A DNA stretch of 64,000 bases from Eledone cirrhosa (Eukaryota), in NCBI GenBank assembly GCA_964016885.1, contig OZ024742.1, positions 620,001 through 684,000 of the forward strand, in the 5' to 3' direction. Numbering within the stretch: position 1 is the first letter of the stretch; every line of letters starts with the position of its first letter. Position numbers and translations under genes: made by a program. Shown here one piece after another: positions 22,225 to 37,900 of the stretch. The notes beneath the pieces were generated by a model that had not been told where the DNA came from, did not search any database, and was given only the letters and a program-made list of their open reading frames with translations.

Positions 22225-22839
22225 TGATGGAGTCAGGTGTTATTGGGATATGGTTTTTCCTCCCCACCCTCTCCACCCCCCTCTCTTGATGGAGTCAGGT
22301 GTTATTGGGATATGGTTTTTCCTCCCCACCCTCTCCACCCCCCTCTCTTGATGGAGTCAGGTGTTATTGGGATATGGCTTTCCTCCCCCCTCCCCCCCCC
22401 CTCTCTTAATGGAGTCAGGTGTTATTGGGATATGGCTTTCCTCACCCCTCTCCACCCCCCCTCTCTTGATGGAGTCAGGTGTTATTGGGATATGGCTCTC
22501 CCCCCCACCCCCCTCTCATGATGGAGTCAGGTGTTGTTGGGATATGGCATTCCCCCCCTCTCTTGATGGAGTCAGGTGTTGTTGGGATATGGCTCTCCTC
22601 CCCACCCTCGCCACCCCCCTCTCATGATGGAGTCAGGTGTTGTTGGGATATGGCTTTCCTCCCCACCCTCCCCACCCCCCTCTCATGATGGAGTCAGGTG
22701 TTGTTGGGATATGGCTCTCCTCCCCACCCTCGCCACCCCCCTCTCATGATGGAGTCAGGTGTTGTTGGGATAGGGCTTTCCTCCCCACCCTCCCCACCCC
22801 CTCTCATGATGGAGTCAGGTGTTATTGGGATATGGCTTT
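22225..22839. repeat. ~45-62-bp minisatellite, about 11 copies, with C-run spacers
   Basis: Constant GATGGAGTCAGGTGTT(A/G)TTGGGATATGG plus a variable C-rich spacer. Confidence 0.92.
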
Positions 22840-22916
22840 AACATGGAAACCTGCTACAGATCATCCCTTATAAGGTCTGAACACAGCATATTTATTCCAG
22901 GGTAGGGGAGTGAGAG

Positions 22917-25900
22917 TGACCACTTTACAGTGGGGACTAGGTACTTTTTATCATGACACCAACATGACCACTTTACAGGAGGGACTAGGTACTTTTATCA
23001 TGACACCAACAGGACCACTTTACAGTGGGGACTAGGTACTTTTTATCATGACACCAACATGACCACTTTACAGGAGGGACTAGGTACTTTTATCATGACA
23101 CCAACAGGACCACTTTACAGTGGGGACTAGGTACTTTTTATCATGACACCAACATGACCACTTTACAGTAGGGACTGGGTACTTTTTATCATGACACCAA
23201 CATGACCACCTTACAGTAGGGACTAGGTACTTTTTATCATGACACCAACATGACCACTTTACAGGAGGGACTGGGTACTTTTTATCATGAAATCAACATG
23301 ACCACCTTACAGTAGGGACTGGGTACTTTTTATCATGACACCAACATGACCACTTTACAGTGGGGACTAGGTACTTTTATCATGACACCAACATGACCAC
23401 TTTACAGTGGGGACTAGGTACTTTTTATCATGACACCAACATGACCACTTTACAGGAGGGACTGGGTACTTTTTATCATGACATCAACATGACCACCTTA
23501 CAGTAGGGACTGGGTACTTTTTATCATGACACCAACATGACCACTTTACAGTGGGGACTAGGTTCTTTTATCATGACACCAACATGACCACTTTACAGTG
23601 GGGACTAGGTACTTTTTATCATGACACCAACATGACCACTTTACAGTAGGGACTAGGTACTTTTATCATGACACCAACATGACCACTTTACAGTAGGGAC
23701 TAGGTACTTTTTATCATGACACCAACAGGACCACTTTACAGTAGGGACTGGGTACTTTTTATCATGACACCAACATGACCACTTTACAGTAGGGACTGGG
23801 TACTATTTATCATGACACCAGCATGACCACTTTACAGTAGGGACTGGGTACTTTTTATCATGACACCAACATGACCACTTTACAGTAGGGACTGGGTACT
23901 TTTTATCATGACACCAACATGACCACCTTACAGTAGGGACTAGGTACTTTTTATCATGACACCAACATGACCACTTTACAGGAGGGACTGGGTACTTTTT
24001 ATCATGACACCAACATGACCACCTTACAGTAGGGACTGGGTACTTTTTATCATGACACCAACATGACCACTTTACAGTGGGGACTAGGTACTTTTATCAT
24101 GACACCAACATGACCACTTTACAGTGGGGACTAGGTACTTTTTATCATGACACCAACATGACCACTTTACAGTAGGGACTAGGTACTTTTATCATGACAC
24201 CAACATGACCACTTTACAGTAGGGACTAGGTACTTTTTATCATGACACCAACAGGACCACTTTACAGTAGGGACTGGGTACTTTTTATCATGACACCAAC
24301 ATGACCACTTTACAGTAGGGACTGGGTACTATTTATCATGACACCAGCATGACCACTTTACAGTAGGGACTGGGTACTTTTTATCATGACACCAACATGA
24401 CCACTTTAAAGTAGGGACTGGGTACTTTTTATCATGACACCAGCATGACCACTTTAAAGTAGGGACTGGGTACTTTTTATCATGACACCAACATGACCAC
24501 TTTAAAGTAGGGACTGGGTACTTTTTATCATGACACCAACATGACCACTTTACAGGAGGGACTAGGTACTTTTTATCATGACACCAACATGACCACTTTA
24601 AAGTAGGGACTGGGTACTTTTTATCATGACACCAACATGACCACTTTACAGGAGGGACTAGGTACTTTTTATCATGACACCAACATGACCACTTTACAGT
24701 AGGGACTGGGTACTTTTTATCATGACACCAACATGACCACCTTACAGTAGGGACTAGGTACTTTTTATCATGACACCAACATGACCACTTTACAGTAGGG
24801 ACTAGGTACTTTTTATCATGACACCAACATGACCACCTTACAGTAGGGACTAGGTACTTTTTATCATGACACCAACATGACCACTTTAAAGTAGGGACTG
24901 GGTACTTTTTATCATGACACCAACATGACCACTTTACAGGAGGGACTAGGTACTTTTTATCATGACACCAACATGACCACTTTACAGTAGGGACTGGGTA
25001 CTTTTTATCATGACACCAACATGACCACCTTACAGTAGGGAATAGGTACTTTTTATCATGACACCAACATGACCACTTTACAGTAGGGACTAGGTACTTT
25101 TTATCATGAGACCAACATGACCACTTTACAGGAGGGACTAGGTACTTTTTATCATGACACCAACATGACCACTTTACAGTAGGGACTGGGTACTTTTTAT
25201 CATGACACCAACATGACCACCTTACAGTAGGGACTAGGTACTTTTTATCATGACACCAACATGACCACTTTACAGTAGGGACTAAGTACTTTTTATCATG
25301 AGACCAACATGACCACCTTACAGTAGGGACTAGGTACTTTTTATCATGACACCAACATGACCACTTTAAAGTAGGGACTGGGTACTTTTTATCATGACAC
25401 CAACATGACCACTTTACAGGAGGGACTAGGTACTTTTTATCATGACACCAACATGACCACTTTACAGTAGGGACTGGGTACTTTTTATCATGACACCAAC
25501 ATGACCACTTTACAGGAGGGACTAGGTACTTTTTATCATGACACCAACATGACCACCTTACAGTAGGGACTGGGTACTTTTTATCATGACACCAACATGA
25601 CCACTTTACAGGAGGGACTAGGTACTTTTTATCATGACACCAACATGACCACTTTACAGGAGGGACTAGGTACTTTTTATCATGACACCAACATGACCAC
25701 CTTACAGTGGGGACTGGGTATTTTTATCATGACACCAACATGACCACTTTACAGGAGGGACTAGGTACTTTTTATCATGACACCAACATGACCACTTTAC
25801 AGTAGGGACTGGGTACTTTTTATCATGACATCAACATGACCACTTTACAGGAGGGACTAGGTACTTTTTATCATGACACCAACATGACCACCTTACAGTA

Positions 25901-28900
25901 GGGACTGGGTACTTTTTATCAAGACAGCAACATGACCACTTTACAGGAGGGACTAGGTACTTTTTATCATGACACCAACATGACCACTTTACAGGAGGGA
26001 CTAGGTACTTTTTATCATGACACCAACATGACCACTTTACAGTAGGGACTGGGTACTTTTTATCATGACACCAACATGACCACCTTACAGTAGGGACTGA
26101 GTACTTTTTATCATGTCACCAACATGACCACCTTACAGTAGGGACTGGGTACTTTTTATCATGACACCAACATGACCACTTTAAAGGAGGGACTAGGTAA
26201 TTTTTATCATGACACCAACATGACCACTTTACAGTAGGGACTAGGTACTTTTTATCATGACACCAACATGACCACTTTACAGTAGGGACTGGGTACTTTT
26301 TATCATGACACCAACATGACCACTTTACAGTAGGGACTGGGTACTTTTTATCATGACACCAGCATGACCACTTTACAGTGGGGAGTGGGTACTTTTTATC
26401 ATGACACCAGCATGACCACTTTACAGTGGGGACTGGGTACTTTTTATCATGACACCAGAATGACCACTTTACAGTGGGGACTGGGTACTTTTTATCATGA
26501 CACCAGCATGACCACTTTACAGTGGGGACTGGGTACTTTTTATTGTGGCACCAGCATGACCACTTTACAGTTGGGACTGGGTACTTTTTATCATGACACC
26601 AGCATGACCACTTTACAGTGGGGACAGGGGACTTTTTATCATGACACCAGCATGACCACTTTACAGTGGAGACTGGGTACTTTTTATCATGACACCAGCA
26701 TGACCACTTTACAGTGGGGACTGGGTACTTTTTATCATGACACCAGCATGACCACTTTACAGTGGGGACTGGGTACTTTTTATCATGGCACCAGCATGAC
26801 CACTTTACAGTGGGGACAGGGTACTTTTTATCATGACACCAGCATAACCACTTTACAGTGAGGACAGGGTACTTTTTATCATGACACCAGCATGACCACT
26901 TTACAGTGGGGACTGGGTACTTTTTATCATGACACCAGCATGACCACTCTACAGTGGGGACTGGGTACTTTTTATCATGACACCAGCATGACCACTTTAC
27001 AGTGGGGACAGGGTACTTTTTATCATAACACCAGCATGACCACTTAAACAGTGGGGACTGGGTACTTTTTATCATGACACCAGCATGACCACTTTACAGT
27101 GGGGACAGGGTACTTTTTATCATAACACCAGCATGACCACTTAAACAGTGGGGACTGGGTACTTTTTATCATGACACCAGCATGACTACTTTACAGTGGG
27201 GACTGGGTACTTTTTATCATGACACCAGCATGACCACTTTACAGTGGGGACTGGGTACTTTTTATTGTGGCACCAGCATGACCACTTTACAGCGGGGACA
27301 GGGTACTTTTTATCATGACACCAGCATGACCACTTTACAGTGAGGACAGGGTACTTTTTATCATGACACCAGCATGACCACTTTACAGTGGGGACTGGGT
27401 ACTTTTTATCATGACACCAGCATGACCACTTTACAGTGGGGACAGGGTACTTTTTATTGTGGCACCAGCATGACCACTTTATAGTGGGGACTGGGTACTT
27501 TTTATTGTGGCACCAGCATGACCACTTTACAGTGGGGACAGGGTACTTTTTATCATGACACCAGCATGACCACTTTACAGTGGGGAGTGGGTACTTTTTA
27601 TTGTGGCACCAGCATGACCACTTTACAGTGGGGACAGGGTACTTTTTATCATGACACCAGCATGACCACTTTACAGTGGGGACTGGGTACTTTTTATTGT
27701 GGGACCAGCATGACCACTTTACAGTGGGGACAGGGTACCTTTTTTTTGTGGCACCAGCATGACCACTTTACAGTGGGGACAGGGTACTTTTTATTGTGGC
27801 ACCAGCATGACCACTTTACAGTGGGGACTGGGTACTTTTTATTGTGGCACCAGCATGACCACTTTACAGTGGGGACAGGGTACTTTTTATCATGACACCA
27901 GCATGTCCACTTTACAGTGGGGAGTGGGTACTTTTTATCATGACACCAGCATGACCACTTTACAGTGGGGAGTGGGTACTTTTTATAATGACACCAGCAT
28001 GACCACTTTACAGTGGGGAGTGGGTACTTTTTATCATGACACCAGCATGACCACTTTACAGTGGGGACTGGGTACTTTTTATTGTGGCACCAGCATGTCC
28101 ACTTTACAGTAGGGACTGGGTACTTTTTATTGTGGCACCAGCATGACCATTTTACAGTAGGGACTGGGGACTTTTTATTGTGGCACCAGCATGGCCACTT
28201 TACTGTGGGGACAGGGTACTTTTTATCATGACACCAGCATGACCACTTTACAGTGGGGAGTGGGTACTTTTTATCATGACACCAGCATGACCACTTTACA
28301 GTGGGGAGTGGGTACTTTTTATCATGACACCAGCATGACCACTTTACAGTGGGGACAGGGTACTTTTTATCATGACACCAACATGACCACTTTACAGTGG
28401 GGACTGGGTACTTTTTATTGTGGCACCAGCATGACCACTTTACAGTGGGGACTGGGGACTTTTTATCATGACACCAGCATGACCACTTTACAGTGGGGAC
28501 TGGGTACTTTTTATTGACGCACCAGCATGACCACTTTACAGTGGGGACTGGGGACTTTTTATCATGACACCAGCATGACCACTTTACAGTGGGGACTGGG
28601 GACTTTTTATTGTGGCACCAGTATGACCACTTTACAGTGGGGACTGGGTACTTTTTGTCATGACACCAGCATGACCACTTTACAGTGGGGACTGGGGACT
28701 TTTTATTGTGGCACCAGCATGACCACTTTACAGTGGGGACTGGGGTCTTTTTATCATGACACCAGCATGACCACTTTACAGTGGGGACTGGGGACTTTTT
28801 ATTGTGGAACCAGCATGAACACCTTACAGTGGGGACTGGGGACTTTTTATCATGACACCAGCATGACCACTTTACAGTGGGGACTGGGGACTTTTTATCA

Positions 28901-31900
28901 TGACACCAGCATGACCACTTTACAGTGGGGACTGGGTACATTTTATTGTGACACCAGCATGACCACTTTACAGTGGGGACTGGGGACTTTTTATCATGAC
29001 ACCAGCATGACCACTTTACAGTGGGGACTGGGTACTTTTTATTGTGGCACCAGCATGACCACTTTACAGTGGCGACTGGGGACTTTTTATCATGACACCA
29101 GCATGAACACTTTACAGTGGCGACTGGGAACTTTTTATCATGACACCAGCATGACCACTTTACAGTGGGGACTGGGGACTTTTTATCATGACACCAGCAT
29201 GACCACTTTACAGTGGGGACTGGGGACTTTTTATTGTGGCACCAGCATGACCACTTTACAGTGGGGACTGGGGACTTTTTATCATGACACCAGCATGACC
29301 ACTTTACAGTGGGGACTGGGGACTTTTTATCATGACACCAGCATGACCACTTTACAGTAGGGACTGGGGACTTTTTATTGTGGCACCACCATGACCACTT
29401 TACAGTGGTGACTGGGAACTTTTTATCATGACACCAGCATGACCACTTTACAGTGGGCACTGGGGCCTTTTTATCATGACACCAGCATGACCACTTTACA
29501 GTGGGGACTGGGTACTTTTTATCATGACACCAGCATGACCACTTTACAGTGGGGAGTGGGTACTTTTCATTGTGGGACCAGCATGACCACTTTGCAGTGG
29601 AGACTGGGTACCTCTTATTGTGGAACCACCATGACCACTTTACAGTGGGGACTGGCTACTTTTTATTGTGGCACCAGCATGACCACTTTACAGTGGGGAC
29701 TGGGGACTTTTTATTGTGGGACCAGCATGACCACTTTGCAGTGGAGACTGGGTACCTCTTATTGTGGAACCACCATGACCACTTTACAGTGGGGACTGGC
29801 TACTTTTTATTGTGGCACCAGCATGACCACTTTTCAGTGGGGACTGGGGATTTTTATTGTGGCACCAGCATGACCACTTTACAGTGGGGACAGGGTATTT
29901 ATTATTGTGGCACCAGCATGACCACTTTACAGTGGGGACTGGGTACTTTTTATTGTGGCACCAGCATGACCACTTTACAGTGGGGACTGGGTGCTTTTTA
30001 TCATGGCACCAGCATGACCACTTTACAGTGAGGACTGGGTACTTTTTATCATGACACCAGCATGACCACTTTACAGTGGGGACTGGGTGCTTTTTATTGT
30101 GGCACCAGCATGACCACTTTACAGTGGGGACTGGGTACTTTTTATCATGACACCACCATGACCACTTTACAGTGGGGACTGGTTACTTTTTATTGTGACA
30201 CCAGCATGACCACTTTACAGTGGCGACTGGGTCATTTTTAATTGTCACCAGCATGACCACTTTACAGTGGGGACTGGTTACTTTTTATTGTGACACCAGC
30301 ATGACCACTTTACAGTGGGGACTGGTTACTTTTTATTGTGACACCAGCATGACCACTTTACAGTGGGGACTGGTTACTTTTTATTGTGAAACCAGCATGA
30401 CCACTTTACAGTGGCGACTGGGTGATTTTTTATTGTGTCACCAGCATGACCACTTTTCAGTGGGGACTGGGGACTTTTTATTGTGGGACCAGCATGACCA
30501 CTTTACAGCGGGGACTGGGTACTTTTTATCATGACACCAACATGACCACTTTACAGGAGGGACTAGGTACTTTTTATCATGACACCAACATGTCCACTTT
30601 ACAGGAGGGACTAGGTACTTTTTATCATGACACCAACATGACCACCTTACAGTAGGGACTGGGTACTTTTTATCATGACACCAACATGACCACTTTACAG
30701 GAGGGACTAGGTACTTTTTATCATGACACCAACATGACCACTTTACAGTAGGGACTGGGTACTTTTTATCATGACACCAACATGACCACTTTACAGGAGG
30801 GACTAGGTACTTTTTATCATGACACCAACATGACCACCTTACAGTAGGGACTGGGTACTTTTTATCATGACACCAACATGACCACTTTACAGGAGGGACT
30901 AGGTACTTTTTATCATGACACCAACATGACCACTTCACAGGAGGGACTAGGTACTTTTTAACATGACACCAACATGACCACTTTACAGTAGGGACTGGGT
31001 ACTTTTTATCATGACACCAACATGACCACCTTACAGTAGGGACTGAGTACTTTTTATCATGACACCAACATGACCACCTTACAGTAGGGACTGGGTACTT
31101 TTTATCATGACACCAACATGACCACTTTACAGGAGGGACTAGGTACTTTTTATCATGACACCAACATGACCACTTTACAGTAGGGACTAGGTACTTTTTA
31201 TCATGACACCAACATGACCACTTTACAGTAGGGACTGGGTACTTTTTATCATGACACCAACATGACCACTTTACAGTAGGGACTGGGTACTTTTTATCAT
31301 GACACCAGCATGACCACTTTACAGTGGGGAGTGGGTACTTTTTATCATGACACCAGCATGACCACTTTACAGTGGGGACTGGGTACTTTTTATCATGACA
31401 CCAGAATGACCACTTTACAGTGGGGACTGGGTACTTTTTATCATGACACCAGCATGACCACTTTACAGTGGGGACTGGGTACTTTTTATTGTGGCACCAG
31501 CATGACCACTTTACAGTTGGGACTGGGTACTTTTTATCATGACACCAGCATGACCACTTTACAGTGGAGACTGGGTACTTTTTATCATGACACCAGCATG
31601 ACCACTTTACAGTGGGGACTGGGTACTTTTTATCATGACACCAGCATGACCACTTTACAGTGGGGACTGGGTACTTTTTATCATGGCACCAGCATGACCA
31701 CTTTACAGTGGGGACAGGGTACTTTTTATCATGACACCAGCATGACCACTTTACAGTGAGGACAGGGTACTTTTTATCATGACACCAGCATGACCACTTT
31801 ACAGTGGGGACTGGGTACTTTTTATCATGACACCAGCATGACCACTTTACAGTGGGGATTGGGTACTTTTTATCATGACACCAGCATGACCACTTTACAG

Positions 31901-34900
31901 TGGCGACTGGGTACTTTTTATCATGACACCAGCATGACCACTTAAACAGTGGGGACTGGGTACTTTTTATCATGACACCAGCATGACCACTTTACAGTGG
32001 GGACTGGGTACTTTTTATCATGACACCAGCATGACCACTTTACAGTGGGGACTGGGTACTTTTTATTGTGGCACCAGCATGACCACTTTACAGTGGGGAC
32101 AGGGTACTTTTTATCATGACACCAGCATGACCACTTTACAGTGAGGACAGGGTACTTTTTATCATGACACCAGCATGACCACTTTACAGTGGGGACTGGG
32201 TACTTTTTATCATGACACCAGCATGACCACTTTACAGTGGGGACTGGGTACTTTTTATCATGACACCAGCATGACCACTTTACAGTGGGGACTGGGTACT
32301 TTTTATTGTGGCACCAGCATGACCACTTTACAGCGGGGACAGGGTACTTTTTATCATGACACCAGCATGACCACTTTACAGTGAGGACAGGGTACTTTTT
32401 ATCATGACACCAGCATGACCACTTTACAGTGGGGACTGGGTACTTTTTATTGTGGGACCAGCATGACCACTTTACAGTGGGGACAGGGTACCTTTTTTTT
32501 GTGGCACCAGCATGACCACTTTACAGTGGGGACAGGGTACTTTTTATTGTGGCACCAGCATGACCACTTTACAGTGGGGACTGGGTACTTTTTATTGTGG
32601 CACCAGCATGACCACTTTACAGTGGGGAGTGGGTACTTTTTATCATGACACCAGCATGACCACTTTACAGTGGGGAGTGGGTACTTTTTATCATGACACC
32701 AGCATGAACACTTTACAGTGGGGACTGGGTACTTTTTATTGTGGCACCAGCATGTCCACTTTACAGTAGGGACTGGGTACTTTTTATTGTGGCACCAGCA
32801 TGACCATTTTACAGTAGGGACTGGGGACTTTTTATTGTGGCACCAGCATGGCCACTTTACTGTGGGGACAGGGTACTTTTTATCATGACACCAGCATGAC
32901 CACTTTACAGTGGGGAGTGGGTACTTTTTATCATGACACCAGCATGACCACTTTACAGTGGGGAGTGGGTACTTTTTATCATGACACCAGCATGACCACT
33001 TTACAGTGGGGACAGGGTCCTTTTTATCATGACACCAACATGACCACTTTACAGTGGAGACTGGGGACTTTTTATCATGACACCAGCATGACCACTTTAC
33101 AGTGGGGACTGGGTACTTTTTATTGAGGCACCAGCATGACCACTTTACAGTGGGGACTGGGGACTTTTTATCATGACACCAGCATGACCACTTTACAGTG
33201 GGGACTGGGGACTTTTTATTGTGGCACCAGCATGACCACTTTACAGTGGGGATGGGTACTTTTTGTCATGACACCAGCATGACCACTTTACAGTGGGGAC
33301 TGGGTACTTTTTATTGTGGCACCAGCATGACCACTTTACAGTGGGGACTGGGGACTTTTTATCATGACACCAGCATGACCACTTTACAGTGGGGACTGGG
33401 GACTTTTTATTGTGGCACCAGCATGACCACTTTACAGTGGGGACTGGGGACTTTTTATCATGACACCAGCATGACCACTTTACAGTGGGGACTGGGGACT
33501 TTTTATCATGACACCAGCATGACCACTTTACAGTGGGGACTGGGTACATTTTATTGTGGCACCAGCATGACCACTTTACAGTGGGGACTGGGGACTTTTT
33601 ATCATGACACCAGCATGACCACTTTACAGTGGGGACTGGGTACTTTTTATTGTGGCACCAGCATGACCACTTTACAGTGGCGACTGGGAACTTTTTATCA
33701 TGACACCAGCATGACCACTTTACAGTGGGGACTGGGGACTTTTTATCATGACACCAGCATGACCACTTTACAGTGGGGACTGGGGACTTTTTATTGTGGC
33801 ACCAGCATGACCACTTTACAGTGGCGACTGGGGACTTTTTATCATGACACCAGCATGACCACTTTACAGTGGGGACTGGGGACTTTTTATCATGACACCA
33901 GCATGACCACTTTACAGTAGGGACTGGGGACTTTTTATTGTGGGACCAGCATGACCACTTTACAGTGGTGACTGGGAACTTTTTATCATGACACCAGCAT
34001 GACCACTTTACAGTGGGGACTGGGGACTTTTTATCATGACACCAGCATGACCACTTTACAGTGGGGACTGGGGACTTTTTATCATGACATCAGCATGACC
34101 ACTTTACAGTGGGGAGTGGGTACTTTTCATTGTGGGACCAGCATGACCACTTTGCAGTGGAGACTGGGTACCTCTTATTGTGGAACCACCATGACCACTT
34201 TACAGTGGGGACTGGCTACTTTTTATTGTGGCACCAGCATGACCACTTTACAGTGGGGACTGGGGACTTTTTATTGTGGGACCAGCATGACCACTTTGCA
34301 GTGGAGACTGGGTACCTCTTATTGTGGAACCACCATGACCACTTTACAGTGGGGACTGGCTACTTTTTATTGTGGCACCAGCATGACCACTTTTCAGTGG
34401 GGACTGGGGATTTTTATTGTGGCACCAGCATGACCACTTTACAGTGGGGACAGGGTATTTATTATTGTGGCACCAGCATGACCACTTTACAGTGGGGACT
34501 GGGTACTTTTTATTGTGGCACCAGCATGACCACTTTACAGTGGGGACTGGGTGCTTTTTATCATGGCACCAGCATGACCACTTTACAGTGGGGACTGGGT
34601 ACTTTTTATCATGACACCAGCATGACAACTTTACAGTGGGGACTGGGTGCTTTTTATTGTGGCACCAGCATGACCACTTTACAGTGGGGACTGGGTACTT
34701 TTTATCATGACACCACCATGACCACTTTACAGTGGGGACTGGTTCCTTTTTATTGTGACACCAGCATGACCACTTTACAGTGGCGACTGGGTCATTTTTA
34801 ATTGTCACCAGCATGACCACTTTACAGTGGGGACTGGTTACTTTTTATTGTGACACCAGCATGACCACTTTACAGTGGGGACTGAGTACTTTTTATTGTG

Positions 34901-37900
34901 GCACCAGCATGACCACTTTACAGTAGGGACTGGGTGCTTTTTATTGTGGCACCAGCATGACCACTTTACAGTGGGGACTGGGTACCTTTTATCATGACAC
35001 CACCATGACCACTTTACAGTGGGGACTGGTTACTTTTTATTGTGACACCAGCATGACCACTTTACAGTGGGGACTGGTTACTTTTTATTGTGACACCAGC
35101 ATGACCACTTTACAGTGGGGACTGGTTACTTTTTATTGTGACACCAGCATGACCACTTTACAGTGGGGACTGGTTGCTTTTTATTGTGACACCAGCATGA
35201 CCACTTTACAGTGGCGACTGGGTGATTTTTTATTGTGTCACCAGCATGACCACTTTTCAGTGGGGACTGGGGACTTTTTATTGTGGGACCAGCATGACCA
35301 CTTTACAGTGGGGACTGGGTACTTTTTATTGTGGCACCAGCATGATCACTTTACAGTAGGGACTGGTTACTTTTGATCATGACACCAGCATAACGACTTT
35401 ACAGTTGGCATTGGGTACATGTTATTGTGGGTCCAGCATGAGTACTTTTACAGTGGGGACTGGGTACTTTTTATTGTGGCACCAGCATAACCACTTTACA
35501 GTGGAGACTGGGGACTTTTTATCATGACACCAGCATGACCACTTTACAGTGGGGACTGGGTACTTTTTATCATGACCACTTTATAATGGGGACCGGGTAC
35601 TTTTTATGATGACCACTTTACAGTGGGGTCTGGGTACTTTTTATCATGACACCAACATGACCACTTTACAGTGGGGACTGGGGACTTTTTATTGTGGCAC
35701 CAACATGACCACTTTACAGTGGGGAGTGGGTACATTTTTTATTGTGGCACCAGCATGACCACTTTACAGTGGGGACTGGGTACTTTTTATCATGACACCA
35801 ACATGACCACTTTACAGTGTGGACTGGGTACTTTTTATCATGACACCAGCATGACCACTTTAGAGTGGGGACTGGGTACTTTTTATTGTGGCACCAGCAT
35901 GACCACTTTACAGTGGGGACTGGGTACTTTTTATTGTGGCACTAGGATGACCACTTTACAGTGGGGACTGAGTACTTTTTATTGTGGCACCAGCATGACC
36001 ACTTTACAGTAGGGACTGGGTACTTTTTATTGTGGCACCAGCATGACCACTTTACAGTGGGGACTGGGTACTTTTTATTGTGGCACCAGCATGACCACTT
36101 TACAGTGGGGAGTGGGTACTTTTTATCATGACACCAGCATGACCACTTTACAGTGGGGACTGGGGACTTTTTATTGTGGGACCAGCATGACCACTTTACA
36201 GCGGGGACTGGGTACTTTTTATCATGACACCAACATGACCACTTTACAGGAGGGACTAGGTACTTTTTATCATGACACCAACATGACCACTTTACAGTAG
36301 GGACTGGGTACTTTTTATCATGACACCAACATGACCACTTTACAGGAGGGACTAGGTACTTTTTATCATGACACCAACATGACCACCTTACAGTAGGGAC
36401 TGGGTACTTTTTATCATGACACCAACATGACCACTTTACAGGAGGGACTAGGTACTTTTTATCATGACACCAACATGACCACTTCACAGGAGGGACTAGG
36501 TACTTTTTAACATGACACCAACATGACCACTTTACAGTAGGGACTGGGTACTTTTTATCATGACACCAACATGACCACCTTACAGTAGGGACTGAGTACT
36601 TTTTATCATGACACCAACATGACCACCTTACAGTAGGGACTGGGTACTTTTTATCATGACACCAACATGACCACTTTACAGGAGGGACTAGGTACTTTTT
36701 ATCATGACACCAACATGACCACTTTACAGTAGGGACTAGGTACTTTTTATCATGACACCAACATGACCACTTTACAGTAGGGACTGGGTACTTTTTATCA
36801 TGACACCAACATGACCACTTTACAGTAGGGACTGGGTACTTTTTATCATGACACCAGCATGACCACTTTACAGTGGGGAGTGGGTACTTTTTATCATGAC
36901 ACCAGCATGACCACTTTACAGTGGGGACTGGGTACTTTTTATCATGACACCAGAATGACCACTTTACAGTGGGGACTGGGTACTTTTTATCATGACACCA
37001 GCATGACCACTTTACAGTGGGGACTGGGTACTTTTTATTGTGGCACCAGCATGACCACTTTACAGTTGGGACTGGGTACTTTTTATCATGACACCAGCAT
37101 GACCACTTTACAGTGGAGACTGGGTACTTTTTATCATGACACCAGCATGACCACTTTACAGTGGGGACTGGGTACTTTTTATCATGACACCAGCATGACC
37201 ACTTTACAGTGGGGACTGGGTACTTTTTATCATGGCACCAGCATGACCACTTTACAGTGGGGACAGGGTACTTTTTATCATGACACCAGCATGACCACTT
37301 TACAGTGAGGACAGGGTACTTTTTATCATGACACCAGCATGACCACTTTACAGTGGGGACTGGGTACTTTTTATCATGACACCAGCATGACCACTTTACA
37401 GTGGGGATTGGGTACTTTTTATCATGACACCAGCATGACCACTTTACAGTGGGGACTGGGGACTTTTTATCATGACACCAGCATGACCACTTAAACAGTG
37501 GGGACTGGGTACTTTTTATCATGACACCAGCATGACCACTTTACAGTGGGGACTGGGTACTTTTTATCATGACACCAGCATGACCACTTTACAGTGGGGA
37601 CTGGGTACTTTTTATTGTGGCACCAGCATGACCACTTTACAGTGGGGACAGGGTACTTTTTATCATGACACCAGCATGACCACTTTACAGTGAGGACAGG
37701 GTACTTTTTATCATGACACCAGCATGACCACTTTACAGTGGGGACTGGGTACTTTTTATCATGACACCAGCATGACCACTTTACAGTGGGGACTGGGTAC
37801 TTTTTATCATGACACCAGCATGACCACTTTACAGTGGGGACTGGGTACTTTTTATTGTGGCACCAGCATGACCACTTTACAGCGGGGACAGGGTACTTTT

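Noticed and set aside
22221-22245. CTGATGA as a hammerhead core
   Set aside because: No suitably placed GAAA, helix III or helix I partner.
22225-22839. CRISPR-like repeat-spacer pattern
   Set aside because: Spacers are related C-run variants rather than unique sequences. The context is eukaryotic and there are no cas genes.
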